From a virus: a stretch of 64,000 nucleotides of DNA. The stretch lies in the IMG/VR virus record IMGVR_UViG_3300021964_000016; one strand, written 5' to 3'. The notes under the pieces were generated by a model that had not been told where the DNA came from, ran no database searches, and saw only the letters and a list, made by a program, of their open reading frames with translations. Made by a program: the position numbers and the translations under genes. Below are positions 9,001 through 18,008 of this stretch, in pieces (position 1 is the first letter of the stretch; the number at the start of each line of letters is the position of its first letter).

Positions 9001-9510
9001 CTATTTTCTTTTTTTAGTCAAGTATTCGTTCCCGTGTGAGGCATGTGGACCATTGGCATCAACATAGTGGAGGAAAGACTGATATACAAAGTCAGCAGGG
9101 TTCTCTTCTCTCCAATGCTCAACATCACAACCACGATAAATCACTGCGTCTCCTTGTTTCATCAAAACAGAACCTCCCTCCCAGAAAAACTCCCAAGGAA
9201 CTTGCACGTTTTTTAGGTTTATGGTAACTGAAACTTCGCAAGAAGGTCTATCGGCATGACGGCGAAGGATATTATCTTTTTTATATATCCTACAATAATC
9301 ATATGTGGGTACCAATTCTATGCCAGTTATTTCAGACATCTTATCACAACAGTCTTCGAGTAAGTCCCAGTGTAACCCATACCATGCCCAAGAATTAGGA
9401 ACTTGAGTATCGTCTGTCCTAGAAATCACCTTATTATCGTCCATACGAGAAGCGTGCTTCTCAGCGACTTCTTTCTCTATAAAATTCGGAACATAAGTTG
9501 CTAATTTCAT
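9001..9510 (-). CDS. Small 2OG-Fe(II) oxygenase
   Basis: RHADRPSCEVSVTINL, GDAVIYRG, HWRE, FLHYVD. A family common in marine T4-like phages. Confidence 0.8.
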   Translation of the reverse strand: MKLATYVPNFIEKEVAEKHASRMDDNKVISRTDDTQVPNSWAWYGLHWDLLEDCCDKMSEITGIELVPTYDYCRIYKKDNILRRHADRPSCEVSVTINLKNVQVPWEFFWEGGSVLMKQGDAVIYRGCDVEHWREENPADFVYQSFLHYVDANGPHASHGNEYLTKKRK

Positions 9511-11225
9511 TTCTTGATCTTAGAGAAGTTTTTATCTTTGACGAATTCTATTTTAGCGTCAAACTTGCCATCTAGAATATCACCCTTATGAGAAATAATA
9601 AAGACGTTTGTATCATCTCCAAGGGTATGTATTATCTTCATTAGGTTTTCAATACCTGCTTCGTCAAGTGAAGAGTCGAAGGTCTCGTCCAGTATCAAAA
9701 GATTTGTGCTGATCGAGTTCTTCATCTTGGCAACTTGACGCCAAGTAAAGAGAAGTGCTAAGTCTATTCTCTGTTTCTCGCCTTCAGAGAAAGAATCGTA
9801 AGAAAATGAATCACGGTGGCGAGAACGTATTGTTTCTGAAAAAGATTCGTCTAGGTCAAAGTGAACATAGAAGTCAAGAATAGACAAATACTGGTTGACC
9901 AATTTGTTGATCACTGGAAGGTATTGTTTAATGATCTTGGTTTTGATACCAGTATCTTTTAGCATCTCTGATATGACAGTATTGTATGCTGCCTGATCAT
10001 TCTGTTTATTTTTCGTTTGCATCAATTCATGATATTCTTTCACCAGAACATCGTAGTCGTCGTTTGCTTTTGCAAGATCTGACTTCTCGTCACTAAGATC
10101 TTTTATGTCCCATTCAAGTTCTTCAATATCATATTTTATCCTTTCGATGTTTTCATCGTTATCAAACATCTTTCGACTAACTTCAACCAGTTCTTGTGAC
10201 TTTTCTACCCAATGATCTAATTCTTTTGTTGCTTCTGCTTGTTTCTCTGTGATTTCAGTAAGAGATGATTGAAACTCTGACGCTGAGACTTTTGCTTGCT
10301 CGAGTTTACTCTTCTTGAGTTGTTCGTCGATGTCTTGCTCGCAGGTCGGGCACGTTTCGTTTTTCTCATAGAATTTGGTCTCTTTTACCAATGCTTTTAT
10401 TTTAGTGAGGATTTCAGTATTAGAATTCTGTAATTCTGAAACCAAAGAGTATGCATTTTTGCGCTTTTCAGCAGTATTATCAGAAAACTCTTGAAGATAC
10501 TTTCTTTTCTCGTTATTGTCCTTTTGAAGATCGTCAATCAAATCCTGCTTCTGCTTGATCTGTTCTTCAATCTTTTTCTTTTCATCATGTTTTATTTTAG
10601 ATATATCACGGATGTACTTTTTTTGTGCTTCCGTTTTGGTTTCGTTTATTTCAATGTCGTGTAACGTTTGATTTATTTTCTCTCGTAACGTAGCATTCTT
10701 TTCTTTTAGAAGAGAATTCATTTTAGAAAAAACGTTAATGTCTAGCAAATCTTCGATAACTTCTCTTCGATTGAATGCAGACAATTGCATGAAGGGTATG
10801 AACGAAGAAGAACCAAGAACAACAACTTGATGGAAAGTTTTATGATTTAGTTTAAGTATGTTCTGTTCAAGAATCTTCTGATACTCTTTGTTGTGTGAGT
10901 TTTGGTTCATAAGAACCCCATCAGCATAGATCTCAAACTTTACTGGTTTTAATCCTCTAACAACTTTATATTTTTTATTACCAATAGAGAAATCTACTTC
11001 AACTCTCATTGCCTTTTGGTTTACAGAATTAACCAGTTGCCCTTTGTTTATTCCTCTATGCGGTTTTCCAAATAATGCGTATGACACGGCGTCTAGCATT
11101 GTAGACTTACCAGAACCATTCTGCCCCACAATCAACGTGTGGTTAGCATTATTCAATTGTATTTCTGTCCAATTGTCGCCAGTAGAAAGAAAGTTTTTGT
11201 AACGTATAGATTTAAAAATTATCAA
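9507..11225 (-). CDS. gp46: Recombination endonuclease ATPase subunit (Rad50/SbcC-like)
   Basis: GQNGSGKST, coiled coils with CPTC zinc hook, FSEGEKQRID, LILDE. Confidence 0.97.
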   Translation of the reverse strand: MIIFKSIRYKNFLSTGDNWTEIQLNNANHTLIVGQNGSGKSTMLDAVSYALFGKPHRGINKGQLVNSVNQKAMRVEVDFSIGNKKYKVVRGLKPVKFEIYADGVLMNQNSHNKEYQKILEQNILKLNHKTFHQVVVLGSSSFIPFMQLSAFNRREVIEDLLDINVFSKMNSLLKEKNATLREKINQTLHDIEINETKTEAQKKYIRDISKIKHDEKKKIEEQIKQKQDLIDDLQKDNNEKRKYLQEFSDNTAEKRKNAYSLVSELQNSNTEILTKIKALVKETKFYEKNETCPTCEQDIDEQLKKSKLEQAKVSASEFQSSLTEITEKQAEATKELDHWVEKSQELVEVSRKMFDNDENIERIKYDIEELEWDIKDLSDEKSDLAKANDDYDVLVKEYHELMQTKNKQNDQAAYNTVISEMLKDTGIKTKIIKQYLPVINKLVNQYLSILDFYVHFDLDESFSETIRSRHRDSFSYDSFSEGEKQRIDLALLFTWRQVAKMKNSISTNLLILDETFDSSLDEAGIENLMKIIHTLGDDTNVFIISHKGDILDGKFDAKIEFVKDKNFSKIKK

Positions 11226-11446
11226 AGTGGAAATCTCTCTCTCAATTCTTCGAATCCGCCAATATACTCACCGTCAACATAAACCTGAGGAATTTTTAAA
11301 TTCGGTTTATATTTTTCGTCTTTCTGAAACTTTGTTTTGCTTAGATCTATAAAGAAAGTCTTAAATCCAAGTGCCTCAAAATGCAGTAGGCACCTTAAAG
11401 TGTGTCCACACCATGCATACCCAACAACATGGATCACAAATCTCAC
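11222..11446 (-). CDS. Glutaredoxin-like protein
   Basis: WCGHT active-site position and IPQVYVDGEYIGGFEEL. Confidence 0.8.
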   Translation of the reverse strand: MRFVIHVVGYAWCGHTLRCLLHFEALGFKTFFIDLSKTKFQKDEKYKPNLKIPQVYVDGEYIGGFEELRERFPL

Positions 11447-12504
11447 GCAATCTCCATTGATTGTGCTTCTGTCATTAAGTCCGAAACCTCTTTTTTAATC
11501 CGTTCTTTATCTAAAAGAGTTTCAACGTTATCGATGTAAGATCCAAGTAAGACACTAGTATCTTCTACATCCAAACCTTCATCAGAAACGTTTTCTCCCA
11601 GAAACTCTGAGAAGTCTTCCTGTACTTTTAGATCATAAATTTCTCTTTGTTGTATACGATCCAAAAATCTATCAAATGTGAAAGGGTCGTTTTTATTAAT
11701 AACAACGACTTTAACAAATTTTTGATCGAGGTGATCAATTTCAAGTTTGTTATAGTCAGCAACTTCATCATCGTAATAAATTTTTTCATGAAGAGTTAAT
11801 GGGTTTTGTACAGGGATCAGTTCTCTTGTCTCTGTATCGAGTATGTGGAAATACTTTGGGTCGTTTGCATCGTTCCAAAAGAATTCCATCTGGGAACCAA
11901 GATAGTGAATATTGTCTTGACTAGACTTACAATGATAGTGTCCTGAAAGCACCAACTCAAATCTACGAAGGTTGTCAGCAGACATACCATGAGTACAAGG
12001 AACTCCGCGAATCATATCAAACCCGTTTAATTCAAAGTGTCCTCCGATAACATCTGCTTTACAGTTTACAAGGAAATCATTTATCTCTTTTTCATTATCT
12101 TGACAAATCCAAGGAACTAGACCAACCTTCAACCCATCATAATCAAGGACGCTTGGGTCCATCACAATATTAACTTCGTTCATGTAATGACCCAACAACT
12201 CTTTTAAAGAATTTAGGTCATTCGTATTTTTGTAATAAGTGTCATGATTACCTGGGATTATATCCATAGTAATTCCATCAGAACGAAGTCTCTCAAGAAA
12301 AACCTTCCGATTGCTATTCAGTGCTTTAAAATTGATGAAACGACGATGTTCATAGTAATCACCAAGATGGATGATATGCTTGATGTGGTTTTCTTTTAGA
12401 TAAGGGAAGAACACTTCAGTATAGAAGCGTTCTTGATAATCAATAAAGATGTCTGACGAATTACGAATACCACAATGAGTATCGTTTAAAATTGCTATGC
12501 GCAT
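11443..12504 (-). CDS. gp47: Recombination endonuclease nuclease subunit (Mre11/SbcD-like)
   Basis: DTH, HLGD, GNHD and SGHYH phosphoesterase motifs. Confidence 0.97.
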   Translation of the reverse strand: MRIAILNDTHCGIRNSSDIFIDYQERFYTEVFFPYLKENHIKHIIHLGDYYEHRRFINFKALNSNRKVFLERLRSDGITMDIIPGNHDTYYKNTNDLNSLKELLGHYMNEVNIVMDPSVLDYDGLKVGLVPWICQDNEKEINDFLVNCKADVIGGHFELNGFDMIRGVPCTHGMSADNLRRFELVLSGHYHCKSSQDNIHYLGSQMEFFWNDANDPKYFHILDTETRELIPVQNPLTLHEKIYYDDEVADYNKLEIDHLDQKFVKVVVINKNDPFTFDRFLDRIQQREIYDLKVQEDFSEFLGENVSDEGLDVEDTSVLLGSYIDNVETLLDKERIKKEVSDLMTEAQSMEIA

Positions 12505-13092
12505 TTATTCCTCGAGAAAATCTGAAAGGTCTGAATCTATAGAAACTTTTCTTTTGTTCGAAAGGGTCTTTTTATATTGCTTTATTTTTTCGTCTTTTTC
12601 TTTTACGTCGTCAATCCTTCTACGAAGATTGTCAACAAAGGATTGAACTGCTTTTGCAACTTGAGGATCTTCATCTGGGTCGACCATAAATTCCTCTATT
12701 GCGGATTCTGATAAGAACTTCAATTTAACATCCTGCTGCTTCTTTTCTTTCTGAATACGGCGAAGGAAAGCATACCAAGAGATCTGAGTGAAATATCCAA
12801 ACGCATTTGGTTTACCTTTTCGAGTCGCCGCATCGATATCGTAGTTCTTTACAGCACGAAGGCAGTTCTCTACAGCATCCATTACCATCTCTTCACGATA
12901 GGTGTAGCGAACAAAGTTAGACTTGTGAGAAAGACCCTCTGCGATCTTAAGGAAACACTCTGCAACATAGTTCGGCATAACTGGTTCAGGGTTGTTTTTC
13001 GTTTCTGCTTCCCGTACAGATTTTACATAGTCAACCACTGCTTGCGAGAAATCAGCATTATTAACATAATGCGGGCGTTCATTAGGTTTCAT
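12505..13092 (-). CDS. gp55: Late transcription sigma factor
   Basis: HYVNNADF, NFVRYTYREEMVMDAVENC, NAFGYFTQISWYAFLRRIQKEKKQ. Upstream of gp47. Confidence 0.96.
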   Translation of the reverse strand: MKPNERPHYVNNADFSQAVVDYVKSVREAETKNNPEPVMPNYVAECFLKIAEGLSHKSNFVRYTYREEMVMDAVENCLRAVKNYDIDAATRKGKPNAFGYFTQISWYAFLRRIQKEKKQQDVKLKFLSESAIEEFMVDPDEDPQVAKAVQSFVDNLRRRIDDVKEKDEKIKQYKKTLSNKRKVSIDSDLSDFLEE

Positions 13093-13121
13093 AACAACTC
13101 CAATTAAATAAGTAAAGAACT

Positions 13122-13150
13122 ATTATACAACAAGTAGATTGAAAAGTCAA
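13122..13150 (-). promoter_or_regulatory. Sigma70-type promoter upstream of gp55
   Basis: TTGACT-N17-TATAAT on the minus strand. Confidence 0.85.
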
Positions 13151-13539
13151 TCTTCTGTAAGAAGTCCTTTCTTGGAAGGAAATGACAAAACATTGCTGGT
13201 CTTACACTCAACCTCAGATCCGCCCTTTCCTAAGTGCTCTTGTATGGAGACTACAGAGTTTGAGTACTGCTCGACGACTGTGTCAGAGGGGGTATGAATT
13301 GAGATAACAGAGAAAGGATTGATCGAAACCGTCCTTTCCAAATCTTCAGTATATTGAATATAAGGACGAAGTATATAATATGACTTACCATTATTATCAT
13401 ATTCATCTTCTATATTCTCAATAGGAACCATATCTAAAGCGAAGTTAACAATGAAACTGTCTTCAGATTGTTCAATAACGCAGGCAATAACATCTTGCCC
13501 ATTACAAAGTTTAAATTGTACTATATCTTCTTTTTTCAT
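13147..13539 (-). CDS. Conserved hypothetical protein downstream of uvsW (Sm-like fold suspected)
   Basis: QFKLCNGQDVIA N-terminus. Position between uvsW and gp55 is usual for marine T4-like phages. Confidence 0.7.
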   Translation of the reverse strand: MKKEDIVQFKLCNGQDVIACVIEQSEDSFIVNFALDMVPIENIEDEYDNNGKSYYILRPYIQYTEDLERTVSINPFSVISIHTPSDTVVEQYSNSVVSIQEHLGKGGSEVECKTSNVLSFPSKKGLLTED

Positions 13540-15002
13540 AAAACCACCTTATGTAGTTCGAAGTCAAACTTTTCTTTGGTATACATTTTGATCCTTTCCC
13601 CAGCATGCTTCAGGGTGAAGTTTTGCCTAGAATGATACTGCATATCATCGGAAAGATCGTATAGTTTTGTGTCCTGTCCGTTATCTGCTTTCCTCAATCC
13701 TCTTCCGATTGATTGGAGGACTTTGACTTGGGATTTTGAAGGACTAGCAAAAATAATGTTATGCAGATTCCTAATGTTAATCCCAGTACTAAATGTACCA
13801 AGAGAGGCGACGATAATTGCTCCGTCTTGTTTCTCCACGATACCTCGTATTGCTTCGCGGTCTGAGGTATCAGTCCCACCGTGAACATAATAGACTTTAT
13901 CGCTTTGTACTTCTTTAATCATTTTGTGAAGTATTTCTCCGTGTTTCTCCACGAACTGAAAAAGCACGAGAGTATTCCCCTTTTGAGTTACTGCCAAATT
14001 TCGTATAAACTTATTCCTAGGTTCATATGTCACAAGAAAATCTACTTCTTCTTGATATGTCAACTCTTTATTCATTATACGGGTTTCTTCTGAATAGTCA
14101 AGTAATAACATGTCTATCTTGAGTTTAGCGAGGGTTCCTTTGTCCTGTAGGTCTCTAGTAAAAGTAACCCTTTTAGTGGGACCAAATAAACCTTCAAGAA
14201 CAAGTTTGTGTACCTGAGACCCGTCTAGCGTTCCTGTAGTTCCGAATCTATACTCTGCTTCCGTACACTTATTCATTAAGGTGGTGAGGGACTTTGCTTT
14301 AAATAGATGACACTCGTCGCCAAACACACAACCAAACACATCAAACCAATCTTTGCCTAGTCTGTAAACCGATTGCCAAGTTGTGATCACTATTCTTTTG
14401 TCTGTTTTCTTGTCTTTGCCTGAGTAGATTATGTGACATTCATTCTCTGCATCAAACCCATAATCTTTAAAATCTTTGTACATCTGTTCAACCAAAGAGG
14501 TCGTGGGCACTACAATCAACACAGACTTATCGTTGTTCTCCAGATACCAACGCATAAGATTGTATATTATGAAAGATTTGCCAGAGCCAGTAGGAGAGAG
14601 CAGCACTGCTCTCTTTCTCTGTATTCCATGCGTGATAGCATCGTACTGATAATCACGAGGAGGAAATGGCATTTTCCAAAGTGCTTGCGAGGATACTAGT
14701 TTCTGGTGATCAACTTTATTAGTCGCATTCGGTAGTCCATAAGGCGAATGCTCCATTTGCATATGGTAGTGACGGTCTGCTGCAAAACGACAAAGTTTAG
14801 CATACAACCCAACATTAAGTTCGCAGGTTATGGGATTAAACAAACGAATCTTACCGTCCCACTGTTTGCGACGATAAGAAGGAATAAATTTATATCCAGG
14901 AACATAGAAAGAAAAGTATTCTTTGAGTTCTGCGCGAACAGAAGGATCACAGACTACTGCCATCATAGAATGATTTTGCATTTGAATGGTTATATTAGAC
15001 AT
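13536..15002 (-). CDS. uvsW: RNA-DNA/DNA-DNA helicase UvsW
   Basis: PRDYQ, SPTGSGKS, GDECH, FGTTGT, QSIGRGLR. Start reassigned to ATG 15002 (MSNITI), because the longer ORF overlaps the upstream gene. Confidence 0.96.
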   Translation of the reverse strand: MSNITIQMQNHSMMAVVCDPSVRAELKEYFSFYVPGYKFIPSYRRKQWDGKIRLFNPITCELNVGLYAKLCRFAADRHYHMQMEHSPYGLPNATNKVDHQKLVSSQALWKMPFPPRDYQYDAITHGIQRKRAVLLSPTGSGKSFIIYNLMRWYLENNDKSVLIVVPTTSLVEQMYKDFKDYGFDAENECHIIYSGKDKKTDKRIVITTWQSVYRLGKDWFDVFGCVFGDECHLFKAKSLTTLMNKCTEAEYRFGTTGTLDGSQVHKLVLEGLFGPTKRVTFTRDLQDKGTLAKLKIDMLLLDYSEETRIMNKELTYQEEVDFLVTYEPRNKFIRNLAVTQKGNTLVLFQFVEKHGEILHKMIKEVQSDKVYYVHGGTDTSDREAIRGIVEKQDGAIIVASLGTFSTGINIRNLHNIIFASPSKSQVKVLQSIGRGLRKADNGQDTKLYDLSDDMQYHSRQNFTLKHAGERIKMYTKEKFDFELHKVVL

Positions 15003-15348
15003 TTTCCCAAACAGCATCAGCGGTAAACCGATAACTTCCAATAAATTCGTATTTATCCCATTCCGAAGGAGAGATAATACTAAGGAAATGTCCACCTTCT
15101 TTTCTGTATAGGTGATATGTCTTACCAACTTTTGGTTCAAATCCATATGTGGACTTGTAAACAATGTCGGTTTCGTTAGCGAGTTTGACTAAACTTTCGT
15201 ACTGCTTCTGTAGTTCTTGAAACTTTCCTTCAAAGAAGTTTGCTGCTTGCGCACCTCTTTCGCTTTTGAAAAGATCTACATCAGGTAATACTATTGCTGG
15301 TGCTGAGGAAGTTATTCCATAAGGAAGTAAACTAGAACTATCAACCAT
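14995..15348 (-). CDS. DUF2452-like protein
   Basis: LPYG...APAI and FEPKVGKTYHLY...FLSIISPSEW pattern. Confidence 0.7.
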   Translation of the reverse strand: MVDSSSLLPYGITSSAPAIVLPDVDLFKSERGAQAANFFEGKFQELQKQYESLVKLANETDIVYKSTYGFEPKVGKTYHLYRKEGGHFLSIISPSEWDKYEFIGSYRFTADAVWENV

Positions 15349-15547
15349 CGCCTGGAAAGTGCTTATAGATGGTGTCTATCTTTTCTTCTGCTTCGGCGAT
15401 CTTAGTTACTTGAGTTTCGATTGCCTCAACTATATCAGGATGTTCTCCGATACCAACAGAACTCTTTAGATAAACTTCTACGTTTGCCTGAGCGACTGCT
15501 ATCTCGCCCTCGAGTTTCTTGACTAATGCTTTTAGTAAGTGGTTCAT
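15341..15547 (-). CDS. Small coiled-coil hypothetical protein
   Basis: VGIGEHPDIVEAIE motif. Start ATG 15547 has SD CAGGAG and overlaps the uvsY stop. Confidence 0.75.
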   Translation of the reverse strand: MNHLLKALVKKLEGEIAVAQANVEVYLKSSVGIGEHPDIVEAIETQVTKIAEAEEKIDTIYKHFPGDG

Positions 15548-15984
15548 ACTCCTGCCTCGAATTGTTTCCATTTGATCATATTACCGATTGTTTGGTGCCT
15601 CCACTTCAACGTGTCGATAATTTCCTTTAACGTATCTACCATTGTTTTATAGTAGGTTATCTTTGCTTCGCTTTCTTGTATCTCTGGATCGCTATTATAA
15701 TAGTGATCGAGATCGCCTTTCATTATCTTCAACCCGTTAAATGGATCTGGTTCCCAACCTAACTCGTTGACTTCCTCTTGGCAGAGTTTACCGTTGTACC
15801 AAAGGAATTTATTTTTTAGGAGGATTTGTTGTTTGTCCTCTGCTCTCTTTAAAAGCAGTTTTGCTTGTACCAAGTATCCAAGGTATTTAGCATGCAGTTT
15901 TGGGGTCTCTCTGGAACTATCATCTAGTCTATGACCAATCTCACAATCTTGCGACCACTGCGCAAGAATATCATCTAAATTCAT
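15544..15984 (-). CDS. uvsY: Recombination mediator UvsY
   Basis: PKLHAKYL, WYNGK, RHQTIGNMIKW. Located between gp3 and uvsW. Confidence 0.9.
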   Translation of the reverse strand: MNLDDILAQWSQDCEIGHRLDDSSRETPKLHAKYLGYLVQAKLLLKRAEDKQQILLKNKFLWYNGKLCQEEVNELGWEPDPFNGLKIMKGDLDHYYNSDPEIQESEAKITYYKTMVDTLKEIIDTLKWRHQTIGNMIKWKQFEAGV

Positions 15985-15987
15985 ATA

Positions 15988-16500
15988 TTACTCTATTTCA
16001 AAATAAGAAAACCTAAAAGAAACGGGGAAGATTACATATTCAACCGATTGGTTTTGTGCCTCAAACCTTATATCGCCTACAGCAACAGGGATACAATCAA
16101 CATACTTGAATTTTTTATTATTGTTGTTGTGACTAGTCAAGGCAGTAACAATGATGTCTGCATATGTTGGTTGGTCGGAAGTGCTTCCTCCAAAATTATC
16201 CCTTTTCTGTATTTGTTCGTTATTGACCAAACGCAACAACCAGTTATAGATTTCAGTATAGGAGTTTAAATCCTCGTCCAACAAAACATCCATAGTCAAC
16301 TCTCCATATTCTACCTGACCTCCAGGCATTGGAATACTTTGAATTTTCTTGAAAGCAGTTTCAATCGCTGGGTTGGACACACCAGGGTGGTTTACAGATT
16401 GAACGAAGAACTGTAGATTGCCATAGTTCTTTCTATCAATTATAACTTGGAATCCAGTAGGTTGAAAAAGGTTTATGTTGCTCGTTAGATTGCTGCTCAT
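15988..16500 (-). CDS. gp3: Tail completion / tube terminator protein
   Basis: PTGFQ, FFVQSVNHPG, YGELTMDVLLDEDLNSYTEIYNWL. Directly after gp23. Confidence 0.9.
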   Translation of the reverse strand: MSSNLTSNINLFQPTGFQVIIDRKNYGNLQFFVQSVNHPGVSNPAIETAFKKIQSIPMPGGQVEYGELTMDVLLDEDLNSYTEIYNWLLRLVNNEQIQKRDNFGGSTSDQPTYADIIVTALTSHNNNNKKFKYVDCIPVAVGDIRFEAQNQSVEYVIFPVSFRFSYFEIE

Positions 16501-16524
16501 TATAGTTTCCCGTGTAAGGTCTAT

Positions 16525-16553
16525 ATTATACTCTATTTAGTCTCAAAAGACAA
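16525..16553 (-). promoter_or_regulatory. Composite promoter: sigma70 (TTGTCT-N17-TATAAT) with a late-type CTAAATA box (16534-16540) in its spacer
   Basis: Read directly. Lies just downstream of the gp23 terminator and upstream of gp3-uvsY-uvsW. Confidence 0.7.
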
Positions 16554-16558
16554 TAGGC

Positions 16559-16584
16559 AAAAAAAAGGAGGTCCGAAGACCTCC
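16559..16584 (-). terminator. Rho-independent terminator after gp23
   Basis: GGAGGTC-TTCG-GACCTCC followed by T8. The cUUCGg tetraloop is typical of T4-like phages. Confidence 0.93.
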
Positions 16585-16628
16585 AAAAACCCATTTGTTC
16601 TTATGTGTTTTTTGGGTATTACCTAATC

Positions 16629-17984
16629 TTATGCAGAAACCATCAGGTTGTCTACACGGAAGATGCGGTAGTACTGGTTGCTCTTAGCAGCAGCAAGACC
16701 ATCAGAAGGAGTAGAACCTACGAATGGGTTAGACGCCATGCCATAACGAGTCTTGAACCCGATACGTGGCTGGAAGTCATTCTCGCCTACAGCGCGAACC
16801 ATTTGCAGTGGTACATATGGGCAGTAGAATACACCTGCGTCATATGGGTTAGTGCCCTTGTAACCAACAGTTACATAGTCAGCAACCGCATATGGGTCGA
16901 TGTAGACGCGCATACGTCCGTTCAGTACACCAGCAAAAGTGTTACCAGTGTCGTCAACCTGCAAGTTAGTGCTCAGAGCAGGAGCGTAGTCAAGCATACC
17001 TGAAGCAACAAGAGCAGTAGCAACGTCAGAAGAGACGATTGCAACGTTACCCTTACCGCGACGAGTTTCTTTAGCAATGGTGTTCGCTTCGCGATCGAGT
17101 TGAACAAGGAGACCCTTGAACTTCTCAACAGACCAACGACCATCAGCGTCCGTAGACAGGTCAAAGATACCGTTTACAGCAGTGTTAGCAGTGCTAGCAC
17201 CAGTCTTTGCTTGGCTGTTGATAGTACGGATTACTTCACGGTTGATTTCCGCGAGGATTTCCGTAGACAGAATGTTCGCCAACTCAGACTCAGCGTCAAG
17301 ACCATGAATTGCTTTCAAGTCTTGAGCGAGTTCGATGGTGTATTCTGCCTTCAGCGCACGGCTCTTAGCAGTTACAGTTGACTTCTCGATGGTGAAACCC
17401 ATTTCAGCGAAGTCAGTGTGAGTTCCGTCACCCAGTGCTTCTGCTTGAGCAGTAGTCATGCCACCGCCAAGAGTAGGACCAGAACGGTCGTCATTGATAG
17501 TGCTGTCGCCGTTTGAGTCAGTTACACCAGACAGACCAGATGGACCGCCAGACTGAGTTACAGAAGAGTCGCCAGAGAATGGCACAACTGCTTCGTTGAA
17601 CAGTGCTTCATCGCCAGAAGTAGCACCACCACGAGTGGTCTTGTAACGAGACTTCATCGCGAAGATGAGACCAGTAGGACCAGACATTGGCTGAACACCA
17701 CATACGTCGTATGCCATCAGGTTAGGCATTGCGCGACGGACGAGAGAGATCAGTACTGGATCCCAGTTTGCTTGACCTGGACCACCAGTTACAGCGGAAT
17801 TGGTGTTGGTTGGAGTTTCAGTAAGGAAAGCAGACTGTGCGCCTTCAGCGATCATTGCCTTCTCTTGGTTCTCCAAAACAGCAGCAGTAACATTGCGGCG
17901 GTGACGATCAGAAATCGTACCTGCTGTTTCTTCGTTGAGTACTGGTGACCACTTGGCAACCAGAGATTCGTAGTTAAGTTCCAT
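16629..17984 (-). CDS. gp23: Major capsid protein
   Basis: LISLVRRAMPNLMAYDVCGVQPMSGPTGLIFAM, KSRALKAEYTIELAQDLKAIHGLDAE, FQPRIGFKTRYG. Confidence 0.99.
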   Translation of the reverse strand: MELNYESLVAKWSPVLNEETAGTISDRHRRNVTAAVLENQEKAMIAEGAQSAFLTETPTNTNSAVTGGPGQANWDPVLISLVRRAMPNLMAYDVCGVQPMSGPTGLIFAMKSRYKTTRGGATSGDEALFNEAVVPFSGDSSVTQSGGPSGLSGVTDSNGDSTINDDRSGPTLGGGMTTAQAEALGDGTHTDFAEMGFTIEKSTVTAKSRALKAEYTIELAQDLKAIHGLDAESELANILSTEILAEINREVIRTINSQAKTGASTANTAVNGIFDLSTDADGRWSVEKFKGLLVQLDREANTIAKETRRGKGNVAIVSSDVATALVASGMLDYAPALSTNLQVDDTGNTFAGVLNGRMRVYIDPYAVADYVTVGYKGTNPYDAGVFYCPYVPLQMVRAVGENDFQPRIGFKTRYGMASNPFVGSTPSDGLAAAKSNQYYRIFRVDNLMVSA

Positions 17985-18008
17985 TGTTATTCTCCTAGAG
18001 TAAATGGA

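Noticed and set aside
9001-9510. Small 2OG oxygenase as a member of the DNA-modification pathway
   Set aside because: It belongs to a widespread marine phage family, has no clamp-like tail and is separated from TET by another ORF. Membership cannot be supported, though it is not excluded.
15003-15164. 54-aa N-terminal extension of UvsW given by the ORF track
   Set aside because: It overlaps the DUF2452-like gene in another frame. ATG 15002 gives a normal-length UvsW.
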